Assembly: GCF_009914755.1 (NCBI RefSeq)
Contig: NC_060931.1
Origin: the human T2T-CHM13v2.0 reference genome, Homo sapiens
DNA: 64,000 bases
Direction: 5' to 3' (one strand)
A program made the translations under genes and the position numbers. The notes beneath the pieces were generated by a model. The model was not told where the DNA came from, searched no databases, and saw nothing but the letters and a program-made list of their open reading frames with translations. Shown in pieces: positions 33,545 to 50,096 of this stretch. How positions within the stretch are numbered: the first letter of the stretch is position 1; each line of letters begins with the position of its first letter.

Positions 33545-34060
33545 TTTGATTTATTAAGCATATGCTATTGAGTGGCACTGTTATTGAGTTATTAGGCACT
33601 GTTACGGTACTAGAGATACAGCAGTGAACATAATAGGCAAGATCCCTACTTTCATGGCACTTTACCTTCAGAAGTGAGGTGAAGACCAAATTATAAAAGG
33701 ACAAAGTAATTTAAGACAAATAAGACAAAACTAGGTGATGATACAGTGATATATTGAGGGGAGCTTTTAGATGGGATGGTCAGGAATGGCATTTCTAAAG
33801 AGGAGAGATTTGAACTCAGACCAGAATATTACAAAGGAATCAACTATGCAAAGATCTGGGTGCAAAGGCATCCCCACTTAGACTGGAGAGTATATGCAAA
33901 GTCCCTAAGAAGGAAATGAGCTTGATTTATTTGAGGGCCAGAAGAGAGGCCAGTATATCAGGTGCAGAGTGAGCAAGGGAGAGACTAATAGAGATGAGCT
34001 CTGAGAAGTCAATAGAATTAAACTTAAGTGGGGCCTCGGAGGTCTTGCTCTGGAGTTTGG
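33545..34060. mobile_element. L2 LINE fragment
   Basis: L2-like motifs GGTACTAGAGATACAGCAGTGAACA and GGTCAGGAATGGC...GAGATTTGAACTCAGACC. Confidence 0.6.
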
Positions 34061-35223
34061 TGGCTTACTGATGGCAGTGGAAATAAAGCAGTATGTTGAA
34101 CTTAGCTGTCTGTGAAACATCTAGATGAAGTCAATTAACGGGCTTCAATATACAAACTCAAATATAATTTGCCTCTGTTATTCATTGAAATAACTTTCCA
34201 AGTTGTTTAGGCATTGAACAAAGAAATGCTCACAATATGGAGGCTTGAGGAGTGTGTCAAGGACATGGTCAGGGGACCAGAGGGATCAGGAATCTCTAGC
34301 AGTTCTTCCCCACCCCTCACCCCCAGACTTAGCTTTGACTTGAAACTCATCTAGCAGTTCTTTACCAAAATAAAGGTCATCTTAAATATTATTGCGACCT
34401 TTAAAGTAATGACTGTTATATAAATGTTATGAGAAAAGTAGTCAGAGAATCACGGCCAAAAATACCTGTGTCTTCAGGGGATGTAAAGGGTACTTACCAA
34501 CTTAAAATACCTGCAGCTCCATAGGGACCATGCTGTAGATTTTGTATAGTGCTTGTTCAGACAGTACTCTCATTTCTAGAAATGCATTTTTTGCAGTAAA
34601 CAAAGTGTGTGTATCACTGTGCTTCTTGGTACACAAGTAGTTTGAATAGATTTTGTAGCCAAGGTCATCCTTAAGCCATCTAGTTTTACTGAATACATGT
34701 TCAAAAACACTGAAACAAAATAATTATACCTTTTGTTTATGTATTGCTTTATAATTTATATAGCCTTTACCCCTGGAAAATCAACTTGATCCTCAGGAAC
34801 AGCTCTTTAAAGTAGATAGGGAGCAGAAATTTTATGGAAGTCAGTGTTACTATTTTAGAGTTGAGGAAACTGAGGATCTCTGAGTGCACAGTCATAAATT
34901 TACAACTCTCACTTCACTTGCATTGCTTTACTTACCACACCATGCTAATTCAAAGGTGTACAAAAATGTAAATTTTAGTAGAGGGTTTGTATCCTTACTA
35001 AAACAGTGACAAAATAAATTTTTTAATGTGCATGTTAGTTATGGGTGCTACCAGAAGGATTAACGGTGCTGTGGATACGCAGAGGAGAGTGAGATTGACT
35101 TTGGCTGGGAGAGTCAGAGGTTTAATTTTGTTTAGAAAATGTGTACTGTTTTCTTACTTGGTACTTTTTATTGCCTCTTCTTGGTTGCCCCATACATTTA
35201 AGGTACTACATGTGCAGCTTTGA

Positions 35224-35555
<332 letters not shown>

Positions 35556-35623
35556 TGAAAGAAACCCTTTTATTTTGTATGCAGGACCGGTATGTTTGTT
35601 TCTGCTAGCATATTTTATTGTTA

Positions 35624-35869
35624 TTTTGAGACAGAGTCTCGCTCTGTCGCCCAGGCTGCACAGTCTCAGCTCACTGCAAGCTCTGCCTCCCAGGTTCATG
35701 CCATTCTCCTTCCTAAGCCTCCTGAGTAGCGAGTAGCTGGGACTACAGGCGCCCGCCACCACGCCCGGCTAATTTTTTGTATTTTTAGTAGAGGCTGGGT
35801 TTCACCATGTTAGCCAGGATGGTCTCGATCTCCTGACCTTGTGATCTGACATCTCAGCCTCCCAAAGTG
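35624..35869 (-). mobile_element. AluY-like, 5'-truncated with small indels
   Basis: GCAAGCTCTGCCTCC and GGTTCATGCCATTCTCC diagnostics. Confidence 0.88.
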
Positions 35870-36130
35870 ACATATTTTATTCTTGTATTGCCACTGAACT
35901 CAGCAGAGATGAATTGGTAACAGTAGCTACCATGTAATGAGCAATTCCGTGCCAGCACTCTGGTAGAGGATTTGTAAATTTACTTAATACTTACATCAAC
36001 TTTCTGAGGTAGAAACATTCTTTCATAAATTGGTATTTTCTTTTCAGTCCATTCACATACTTGTTATTCCCACACCTGATGGAGAGAATGTAGAACTGTG
36101 TGAAAGAAAAGATAATTATAAGGCATTGTA

Positions 36131-36438
<308 letters not shown>

Positions 36439-37220
36439 GCATTGTATTTCAGGATAATGTTAAGCCATGCCAATAGATTTTTTTATTGTTGTTTTATTGT
36501 GCATTATTTATTATATTTTTCCCAAAGTGAAGAAGCCAAGCTGGTATATATACTAATCTGAGTGATGAAGTCTAAGCTATATAACATGAATGAATAAAGT
36601 AATAATATCTTAAATGTCTTTTTATGATTACAGTGACAGTATGTAGTAATCTTGGGTGGTTTTGCATTTCAAAAACCACTTTATGTATACACTAAAAAAA
36701 GTCGAATCAATAAAGAGATGTTTATTTAAACTATTTAGGAATGCAAGATGTCCATAAAACTTAATCCTTTGTTTAGTGACTTTTCACTCCTGTATTTTCT
36801 TGTTATGATAAGATATGTTGCTTACCGTGGAAATGGTAATAAAGCTTTGTGTTTATATAACATCTTTTAGGATCTCAAAATGCTTTTAGACTATCTCATG
36901 TATCCTCATAGTATTTTAGTGAGTAGGTAAGTGGCAAGTATTATCTTCATTTTACAGATGGAGAGAGAAATTAAGCCACAAAGTGAGTTAAATGATGTAT
37001 GTATATAGTTCCGTTATCTAGATACATAGGCAACCTGAGCCACTAAAGTAAGAATACTATATTTTAGAAGGATTGACATAGTATAAGCCATTAACCCCTT
37101 AGTTTTTGTACTTTACACAGATTGTTAGAAAAAATTTATTATGCACATAGATTTTTTTTTTTAATCCTTTCTTTAGGTGTAGAAAACATTACAATACTTC
37201 TTTTTTTTCTTCCTTTTTAG

Positions 37221-37449
37221 GTCAGCAGCAAGGACAAGATGGAGTAAAAGTCCAGCAAGCTACTATAGCTCCTGTAACTGTAGCAGTTGGAGGAATTGCT
37301 AATGCCACGATAGGTGCTGTTAGTCCTGACCAACTCACACAAGTGCATTTGCAGCAAGGCCAGCAGACTTCTGATCAAGAGGTACAACCTGGCAAGAGGC
37401 TTCGAAGAGTTGCCTGTTCCTGTCCTAATTGTAGGGAAGGAGAAGGAAG
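37221..37449 (+). CDS. SP4: SP4 internal coding exon (exon 4, 229 nt): Gln-rich segment and Buttonhead box
   Basis: Acceptor ttttttttcttcctttttag|GT, donor GGAAG|gtaaat. Reads (G)QQQGQDGVKVQQATIAPVTVAVGGIANATIGAVSPDQLTQVHLQQGQQTSDQEVQPGKRLRRVACSCPNCREGEG(R); CxCPNC is the Btd box. Confidence 0.97.
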
Positions 37450-37622
37450 GTAAATGCTGTATTTTTCAACTGTGTCTATTTGGAAGGCATAAAACAGCAG
37501 TTAAAACCAAGTAATTGGCTGGGAATGATGGTCACTAGAACTTCATTACCTTTGTAGCCTAGAAGTTGATATATAATATTAGAAAGGGAATTAAGTTGGG
37601 CTATTTTAGGAATGAAATTTGA

Positions 37623-37981
<359 letters not shown>

Positions 37982-38009
37982 CATTTTTTTTCTTTTTCAT
38001 AAAATATTT

Positions 38010-40810
<2,801 letters not shown>

Positions 40811-42065
40811 TCTCAATATTTGACATTTTTTCTGACCCTAAGAAGGTTCTTCACAGCCTCTTTGCTCACTTCTTTCTGGCAAACTAGCCAACCTGTAGTT
40901 AAGCCTTTATTTCCAGTGAATCTCTTAGTCTTCTCCCAATTAACTGCCTTTTGAAACCATCTCTACTTTTTTTGAGAGTACCCTTAGGCTTGAACTTCTT
41001 CACATTGTCTTGCAAATGAAGTCAATTCCTTTGGGAAGAGATTTGGAGCTCTTTGTTTTATGGTGTGTTTCTGACTTATGGCTTTTGAACCGGGGGTTGA
41101 GACAGTGGCTTTCTTTCTGAGTTACAACCCTGCTTTAAGAGCTGAGTGCCTGGTTGCTGGGGCAGCAATAGCCTCAGGTCTTCTCAACTGGCCTCTCCTG
41201 GCTTAGAACTTTGACTTTATGAACTATGAATGGGCCAGGTCAAGGGCAACCTGGACCCCAGTATTTTCATCATGCCACATCCAAGGTAGAGTCTATGTCC
41301 CAGGGCTAAGGACTTGGTTCTGCTACACTTGCCTGGAACTTAGCAACAGGCAACCAGGGGTAAGATAAGAAATGCAGACATCTTGCCCCTCCTGGGGCCA
41401 TACTCCTCTGACCGGGAGGTGGGAAGAGTAGGAATCATATTCTTAGCTGCACCAGTCTCTAATGTTCCTGTGTGGAAACGGGAGGAAGTAGGGAAGGGGA
41501 GAGTCTTGGTTCAAATACCACAGACTCTTACTGTTCTTACCAATTTCTGTGAGATTTTCTTGAATAAATGTTTCTTTATTTGCTGTTATTTGCTTTTAGA
41601 ACCATTTCCAGAGACTTTAAATGGTATTTTTTGCTTTTTTTAGAATTTTCACTGGGAAACAGATCCATGGAACTCCTCACACTGCCCTGCTAGAAACGAA
41701 ACTCTGCATCTTACACTTTTAACTGGATTTAGCCATCCTTTTGAAATTTTAGAGAAGTTTCAAGTGTTTTGAAAGGCTTAGAGAGATTTTTTTCCCAAGG
41801 GAAGAGCCCACTATGACCAGGAACGTGAGTCCATAATAGAGCATAAACTCTTTGAGATTAACACATTTTCATAGCAATTTGGTACACAGACCTGTTTTAT
41901 TTTGTCTTTAACTGAAAATTTTCTGATTTGAACTACAGTTATGGCATCATGATCAAACCTATTCAGAGAAGCATCATTTAATTACCTTGATTCTTTTTAA
42001 TTTTTCTATAATTGTAAACCTACTATTTGGCAGTGTAATTAATGTTCGGTTTTTGTTTTTGCTAG

Positions 42066-42265
42066 AGGCAGTAATGAACCAGGAAAAAAGAAGCAGCATA
42101 TCTGTCATATTGAAGGATGTGGTAAAGTTTATGGCAAAACATCTCATTTACGAGCACATCTTCGCTGGCATACTGGAGAAAGACCTTTTATATGCAACTG
42201 GATGTTTTGTGGCAAAAGATTCACACGGAGTGATGAGCTCCAGAGACATAGAAGAACCCATACAG
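42066..42265 (+). CDS. SP4: SP4 internal coding exon (exon 5, 200 nt): C2H2 zinc fingers 1 and 2
   Basis: Acceptor ttttgtttttgctag|AG, donor ACAG|gttagt. Encodes [53 protein letters not shown], with phase compatible with the previous exon. Confidence 0.98.
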
Positions 42266-44311
42266 GTTAGTTGATTTTAGGACTTGTACTTTTTACTTAT
42301 TTCTTCAGTTTTTACATGAAAATTTTAGTGATAGTTTAGCTATCAAATTGGAAATATGCAAATGAAGGAGAAGGCATTTACTTTAGCAATTATATGGAAG
42401 ATGTTTAAGATGAACATTTTTAACCTCATTTCTGAGATACATTTTATTCTACTTTTTGTAAACTTTATCAGCATATTTATGAGACAAGTGGAATTTATTC
42501 CATTTGTTTATATTGTAATCTTAGCATGTTGAAATCATACATTGTTTTTCATAAGTGTTTAAATAGGTGAAAAGAGAGTTGAATTATCATCTTAATGGGG
42601 ACTTTCATTAGTGTGTTTTAGTTTTTTTTTTTCTTAACAAATCCAGAAAATTCACCAAAGTATCAAGAATAATTAAATAATAAACATCTAACAACCCTCA
42701 GTCAGAATGGTCAGTTGTTAATATTATATTTTCTGCTTTTTTTCAAATACAGCAAAGCAGTTATAAAGTGAACATCATGTTTACCCTTTCACCTTTCAAA
42801 GACTGCAGCTGCTATAAATCTAATGTGTCTAAGTTTTACGTACACTTTTAATACTCTGACATATATGATTAATGGATCTACATAAAAAATGTTTTGTGTG
42901 TGTTATGAAATGTTACAATGTTGCAGAATTATAAATTTCACTTGTTTTGAGATCTGTTTGTACATATATGTATATTTGCATATATGAATTTCCTTGAACT
43001 GCTATATAATATTTTATCACATGAGTCTACCACACTATATTAATTCATTCCCATACTGTTTGAGGTTATTGCTAGGGTTTGTGTGTGCTATCACAAACTT
43101 AGTTGATGAGAACATGTGTGAGAAGTGGAATTATTGGATCATAGAGAATGTGTATGTTTGGTTTTGCTAGGTAATGGCTAAAGAGTCTCTACAGTGGCTA
43201 TTTAACTAGCAGTGATTGATAGTTTCCACTTTGTGCTCACCAGTACCCAGTAGTGTCAGGCCTTGAAAGTTTTTTTCAATCTAAAATTGTTTCTTATTTT
43301 AAAAATTTGTGTTTTTCATGGTTATCCATGAGATTAAGCACCTTTCATATGTATATTAGTCATTTATGGCTTTGTTTTTTAATTCTGGTTCTCATTTTTT
43401 CTTTCAGAAGTTTTCCTTATTTATATGATTTATATGTTATACTTTTCCCTTTCAATAAAGGACTAGTGCTAGTCTTTTATCTTTGTCATACCTTTTGTCA
43501 TATGGAAGTCTTACATTTTTATTTAGTCAAATATAAATCTTTTCTTTTGTCTTTTGCTTTTTGTTTATAAATTTTTCTTCTGTCCCAAGGTCATAAAGTC
43601 TCAAAAAACAATTTCTTCTAATAGCTTTAAAGTTTTATTTTTGTAAGTTTGATCTTTTATTCGCTCAAGATTCTTTTTGTTGATGGAATGAAATGAGAAT
43701 ACAATTTTATTTTTCTTTCATATGGAAAGCCCTTTCTTAAACAGCCCATTCTGTCTCTATTGATTGTCCTCTTTTACATAATGTCTCCTTTAAGTGTGGT
43801 TCAATTTCTGGTTTCTCTGTTTTGAAGTTTTTATCTATTTGCCAGTTCCTACACCAATGCTCTTACTATATTAATGACTGTGGTTTTATATTAAGCCTTG
43901 ACTTCTTTTTGGGCAATTTTCCTTCTTTCTTTATTTTTTTTTCTTTTTTTGCCCAGAACACCTACCCTTTTCAGAATATTTAGAATTTGGGACTCAGTAT
44001 TTCATTATTGAATAAATTAATTTCAATAAATTATTGAATTATACTTTATACTTTAAACCTGTACCAAGATACATGTGGGACAAAGGGAGAAATAAAACTG
44101 ACATTTCTAAATCAGCTGCTATATTATAGTCAGATATTTTGAATATATTACTTCATTTGATTCTAACAACAGCAACACCGGCATAGAAATTAGCTCCATT
44201 TTAAGATTAGAAAGTAGTATCAGAAAAGAAAAAATTATGAAATCTATTAAAAATGGTAAATATAAAGTTATTTAATTTGATATACACATAAAGTAGTAAT
44301 ACAAATGAGTA

Positions 44312-44612
44312 CAGATTGAGTACCCCTTGTCTGAAATGCTTGGGACTAGAAATGTTCTAGATTTCGGATTTTTTCAGATTTTGCATGTGCACAATGCAAT
44401 ACTTCGGGGATTCATTTTTGTTTCATATATACCTTATACATAAAGACTGAAGGTAATCTTATACAATATTTTTAATAATTTTATGTGTGAAAGTTTGTGT
44501 TAAGTACTTATGTGTGGAATTTTCTACTTGTGGGATCGTGTCAACACTCAAAAAGTTTCAGATTTTGGAGCAATTTGGATTTTAGATTTTTGTATTAGGG
44601 ATGCTCACCCTG
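44312..44612. mobile_element. Tigger4/MER46-family DNA transposon
   Basis: TIR-like ends CAGATTGAGTACCCCTT ... AGGGATGCTCACCCTG after a TA. Confidence 0.8.
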
Positions 44613-46361
44613 TGTTAGTATAGCGTCGCAATCCCTGAAAAAGTTAGCATTATAGTAAAGCTCTGAATTTTAATTTTAAAAAAGATAATTTGAAATCTTT
44701 CTGTATAGTATATACACCATTGACGTTGGCAAATATGATTGATTAAAAGTTAATTCCATACCAGTTGTTGATATCTGTTTTAGAAAAATACTCTGCTATT
44801 TAGGTCTGCATGAAAGGATGCAGTGTTTCCATCCTGGATTAGCAGTGGGATAAATTAGGGAAGCCAAGAAAATTTTCTACTTTGTTTGATTTGGAACCTC
44901 ACATTATGATTGCTTCATTTTGTCTAAGAAATGATGAGTTGGTAAAGTCCCTCTCTCTTACACATCCACACACTTGCAGATACACAAAACAAATTTATTT
45001 AAGAATTTATATATACATATACTTCAAAACCAAATATTATGATTTGGGGCATATCTTTAAAAAAAAGATTCACACCATTATTATCTACTGGATTGACAAT
45101 TCATAATCCAATATACTTTAAGCTTACTTTCAGTGGTTCAAACATCTTAAATATATCACACATAAAATTGTTTAATTAAAACAGGTTGACACTAAAAAAT
45201 ATTAATATCAGTATACTTAAAATTGTTACTTTTAAAGATTTAACAGAGTAACTCCTGTTTGTTAAATTTGTCTAAAAGAATATGAAAAAATATATTTTGA
45301 AATAAGTATTGATTAAGCATTTAATATGTTAAGTTGAAAGCCTTAACCATTCGTAGCAACAACTATGCTTTATTTGATGTCTAACCACTACTACAAATAG
45401 AAACTTATTGACTTGGCTATGAATGAATGGAGTTATTTGTATTCACTGCTGAAAATAGTGATCTGTTTGCTTTTTAAAAAAATTTGTAAAGGTTTTCAAA
45501 ACAATATATGCATATGGTATTTAAAAATGAAATCACAGAAAAGTTTACTGTAATAAGGAGGCTCTTTGCCCCACCCCATCCTGCTTTCCAGAGAATATCA
45601 TAGCTAACTATTTTAACTATTTTTGCATTTTTGTTCTTTCTAGGATGACTGTCATGTATCTAAATCATATACTTAAACACTGTTATTTATTGATCTATCA
45701 ATATTTTATACTATCTATTGAGTTCTTGCATTTAGAATTAAGGATTTACTTCACTTTGCACCATCTGAAGACATTAAGATTCTTTTGAAAAACTGTATGC
45801 AGGCCAGGCATTCTCTCTTAACTCACCACTCTATTTCCAATAAAGTTAGACAATGCCTTTTCTTTTTTCTTGTATTGTTTGACTTTACCTGAAATAATCT
45901 TTAGTTATTTCAAGTTTTTAAGAACAATGTGAATTCCAGTCACATTTTCCTTTTTTCTGGAGCCTTCCATCTTTCTAATGAACATGAACAGTTTCTTCTG
46001 TAGACCTGTTCCAGGGGTATTATCTTGAGATTTCTTCCCTTCTCTGTTCGTTTTAGATCTCATATTGGTTCTCAAGATCTCGTGTTTTCATTTTTCTTGG
46101 TCTACTCTCTTCGTTGCTGGAAAACGTGCTGAAATGCTTCCTAACGAAAAGCTTGGGGAAATAAATTTGTCTAAAGGATTCTTTATTTTCTCTTTCTGCT
46201 TAATTTGGTTGTTTGGCTAATACAGTATTCTAGATTGAAAATTACATTCTCTTAAAACATTGTCACAGCTCTATTTTCTTTCATCTGTTTTATCAACAAG
46301 AGGTTTGTTATTTTTTCTTGTTTTTTTTTTCTGTAGGTGACCTGATTTCTTCCCTGCAGCT

Positions 46362-47350
46362 TTATTTTTATTTTGAAATAATTTTATACTTAGAGAAGAG
46401 TTGCAAAGCTAGCATAGAGTTCGCATATCATTCACCAAGCTTCCCTTATTGTAAACTTCTTGTATAACCACAGTACCTTATGAGAATTAAGAAATTAACA
46501 TTGTTGCAATACTATTAATTACACTTTCCACCAATATACCTTTTCTTTTCCAGGATTCAGTCTGGAATAACACACTGCATTTGTTTGTCATGTTTCCTTA
46601 GTCTCCTGCAATCTGTGACTTTTCCTAGTCCTTTCCTTGTCTTTTATCACCTGGACACATTTGAAAGTGGTTTTGGTATTTTTAGAATGTCTGTCACATT
46701 GGGTTTGTCTAATGTTTTCTAATGATTAGAGTAAGATTGTGAATTGTCATGAGAAGAATAGCACATTAGTGTCTTTCTCTTATCATATAAGAGGAAGTAT
46801 GTAATGTGATTATCTCATTATTGGTGATGTTAACCCTGATGTATTGGTTAATGTAGGGTGTGCCACATTTCTTCACTGTAAAGTTACAGTTTCTCTCTTT
46901 CCATATTGTTTGTTAGAAGCAAGTCACTAAGTTCAGTCGACATTCAGGGGGAAGAGAACTAAGCTTCACCTCCTGAAGGGAGAAGTATCGAAGAATTTGT
47001 GGACATATGTTAAAACCACCACAATAATTACTATTTTAGAGGAGTTTGGGGGGCTTTTTTACAAATAAAATACTAAAGCTTCACTTTTAGCATTCCTCAG
47101 TGGATCTTGCCTGCAGCAGTTATTACTGTGATGTTTGAAAGGTCATTTTCAATTTTCCTTGTTCTTTGTACCACTTATACTTTCTTCTCCAATTATTTAT
47201 GCAATCATTTATTTACATTGGTATGGTCTCATGAGTAGTTCTTTTGTTCTTTGGGTTATAATTCAATACTATCATTTTCTTGCTCAAATTGTTTCACCTT
47301 TGGCCATTGGAAGGTCTTTCACATTAGTTCCTGTGTCTTCTTGAAGTGCC
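46362..47350 (-). mobile_element. L1MC/MD-like 3' fragment
   Basis: TTTTGAAATAATTTTATACTTAGAGAAGAGTTGCAAAG 3'-end motif. Confidence 0.65.
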
Positions 47351-47469
47351 CCTGTTTTGTTTTTAACGCTAAGGGCGCCTTTTAATCTGTGGTGTGCTGC
47401 TAATTTCATAATGCTGTATCTGAGAATAGATTTTTATTTGTTGTGCTAATGACTTGTACTCTGGGTCAC

Positions 47470-47517
47470 CTCTCTCCCTCTCTCTCTCTTTCTCTGTCTC
47501 TCTCTCTCTGTCTCTCT
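47470..47517. repeat. (CT)n microsatellite
   Basis: Imperfect CT tract. Confidence 0.85.
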
Positions 47518-47884
47518 GGGCTCTTAGTAGACATATTTTGGAATCTCTAGGGTTTTTTTTTTTTTTTTGGTCTTACAGTTTTTCTCTTATATCTTTTGTC
47601 TCATTACCATTTTATTTTCCATGAAATTTTTTAAGTTTACTTTCAGATATTTCTATTGAATTGCATTTTAATTTCCAATAGTGTATTCCATCATTGTTGG
47701 TGGGTTTTGTTTTGTTTTACTGCATTTTGTTCTCATTGTATGGATGCAGGTGCTTGCTGAAATTATCTCAGTTTTTTAATCTAGAATTTTATGTTTCCTC
47801 CAGGATGATTTTTTTGTCTGTATCTTTTTCCAGTGTTGTAGGCGTTCCTGAATTGTCCAGTGATTCTTTGTTTTTGTTCAAGTT

Positions 47885-47886
47885 GA

Positions 47887-47920
<34 letters not shown>

Positions 47921-47956
47921 GGTGGTGGTGGTGGTGGTGGTGGTCATGGTGGTGAT
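47885..47956. repeat. Compound (GAT)7(GGT)13 trinucleotide repeat
   Basis: Counted directly from the sequence, followed by CAT GGT GGT GAT. Confidence 0.95.
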
Positions 47957-47985
47957 TTGATGAAATCTTAAGTGAAAGATTTTGA

Positions 47986-48310
<325 letters not shown>

Positions 48311-48757
48311 GCTAGTGGCTTTTATTTTAGGTAACTGGGTGGAACACTGTGTTACACTGGAAGATGCCTAATTACCAAAATACAATAATATGCTGTGCAA
48401 CCATGTTTTTTTAAGATACAAATCTTTAATATTAACATTTTGCCCCAATTTTTTGATAGTAGTTATAGTCTATGTATGGACTTTAATTTTGTTTTATGTT
48501 CCATGTCTCCCTCCCAGCAGAAGACATTGACTGTCTTCTAGAACATATTCTCTTCCTTGACAATTTATTTTCTAGTTTGCAGACATTTGATATAATCATT
48601 GTTTTGCTGATGGACTTCCTTTCCTTTTTTTTTTTTTTTGTTATTGTAGATTTAACCCTTTTATGCCTTTACTATTATTTTAATGGGTGTCTCAGTGGGG
48701 AGAATAAACAAACACATGTAATCATGCTGCTCTCTTAAACTTTAAAGGGTTACATTT

Positions 48758-48921
48758 AGCCAGGTGCAGTAGTGCACACCTATAGTCCCAGCTACTCAGG
48801 AGGCTGAGGCGGGAGAACTGCTTGTGCTAGGAGTTCGAGGCTATAGTGCCTATGATCCCGTGAATAGCCACTGCACTCCAGCCTGGGCAATATAACAAGA
48901 CCCCGTCTCTTAAAAAAAAAA
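48758..48921 (+). mobile_element. Alu right monomer (FRAM-like)
   Basis: Single arm with A tail. Confidence 0.82.
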
Positions 48922-49471
48922 TACTGATAACTTGGAAATACTATAATGATACAACTAAATGGATAATGTCTATAATAACGATGTCATATAGATATGCACA
49001 CTTTTATGTTACATGTGTTAATATAGTGTACTTTGTGAATATTTTATTGTAGATACTTTGCCTACTTACTGGACTGTTTTATTTGCCATTCATAATCCAC
49101 TTAGAAGTAAGGCAATCTAGGGATGATTTTTAGCAACTAGTGTTATAGGGATCTTTAACCAGATCTCAAATTCTTTTTCACCAGCTAAGAAAAAATCCTT
49201 TTCAAAAGAGCCCCTAAAAAGTCTTGTGCAACTGCAGTATAGGTTCTTTATAATATATGACGACTTAGTGTTTTAGCCAAGATACAATTTTATATAAAGT
49301 TAAATGTATTTATAATTGTATCAATAATTATAAGCTTAAGTGGAAATGAAACAGATTCTGTAAAATTCATTTGGGAATGAAACTTCAATTTTTTTAACAA
49401 AATAAGGAATATTTGATCAAAACAGATGAAACAGAAAACTCCATCAATTTCGTTGAAGTTTTCTCACAGAA

Positions 49472-50096
<625 letters not shown>

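Noticed and set aside
37314-37514. 66-aa ORF overlapping exon 4
   Set aside because: It is out of frame with Sp4 and runs through the donor site.
41987-42274. 95-aa ORF overlapping exon 5
   Set aside because: It is an alternative frame; the true zinc-finger frame is entered by splicing.
47694-47960. ORF ending in poly-Met/poly-Val
   Set aside because: It is a translation of the (GAT)n(GGT)n microsatellite.
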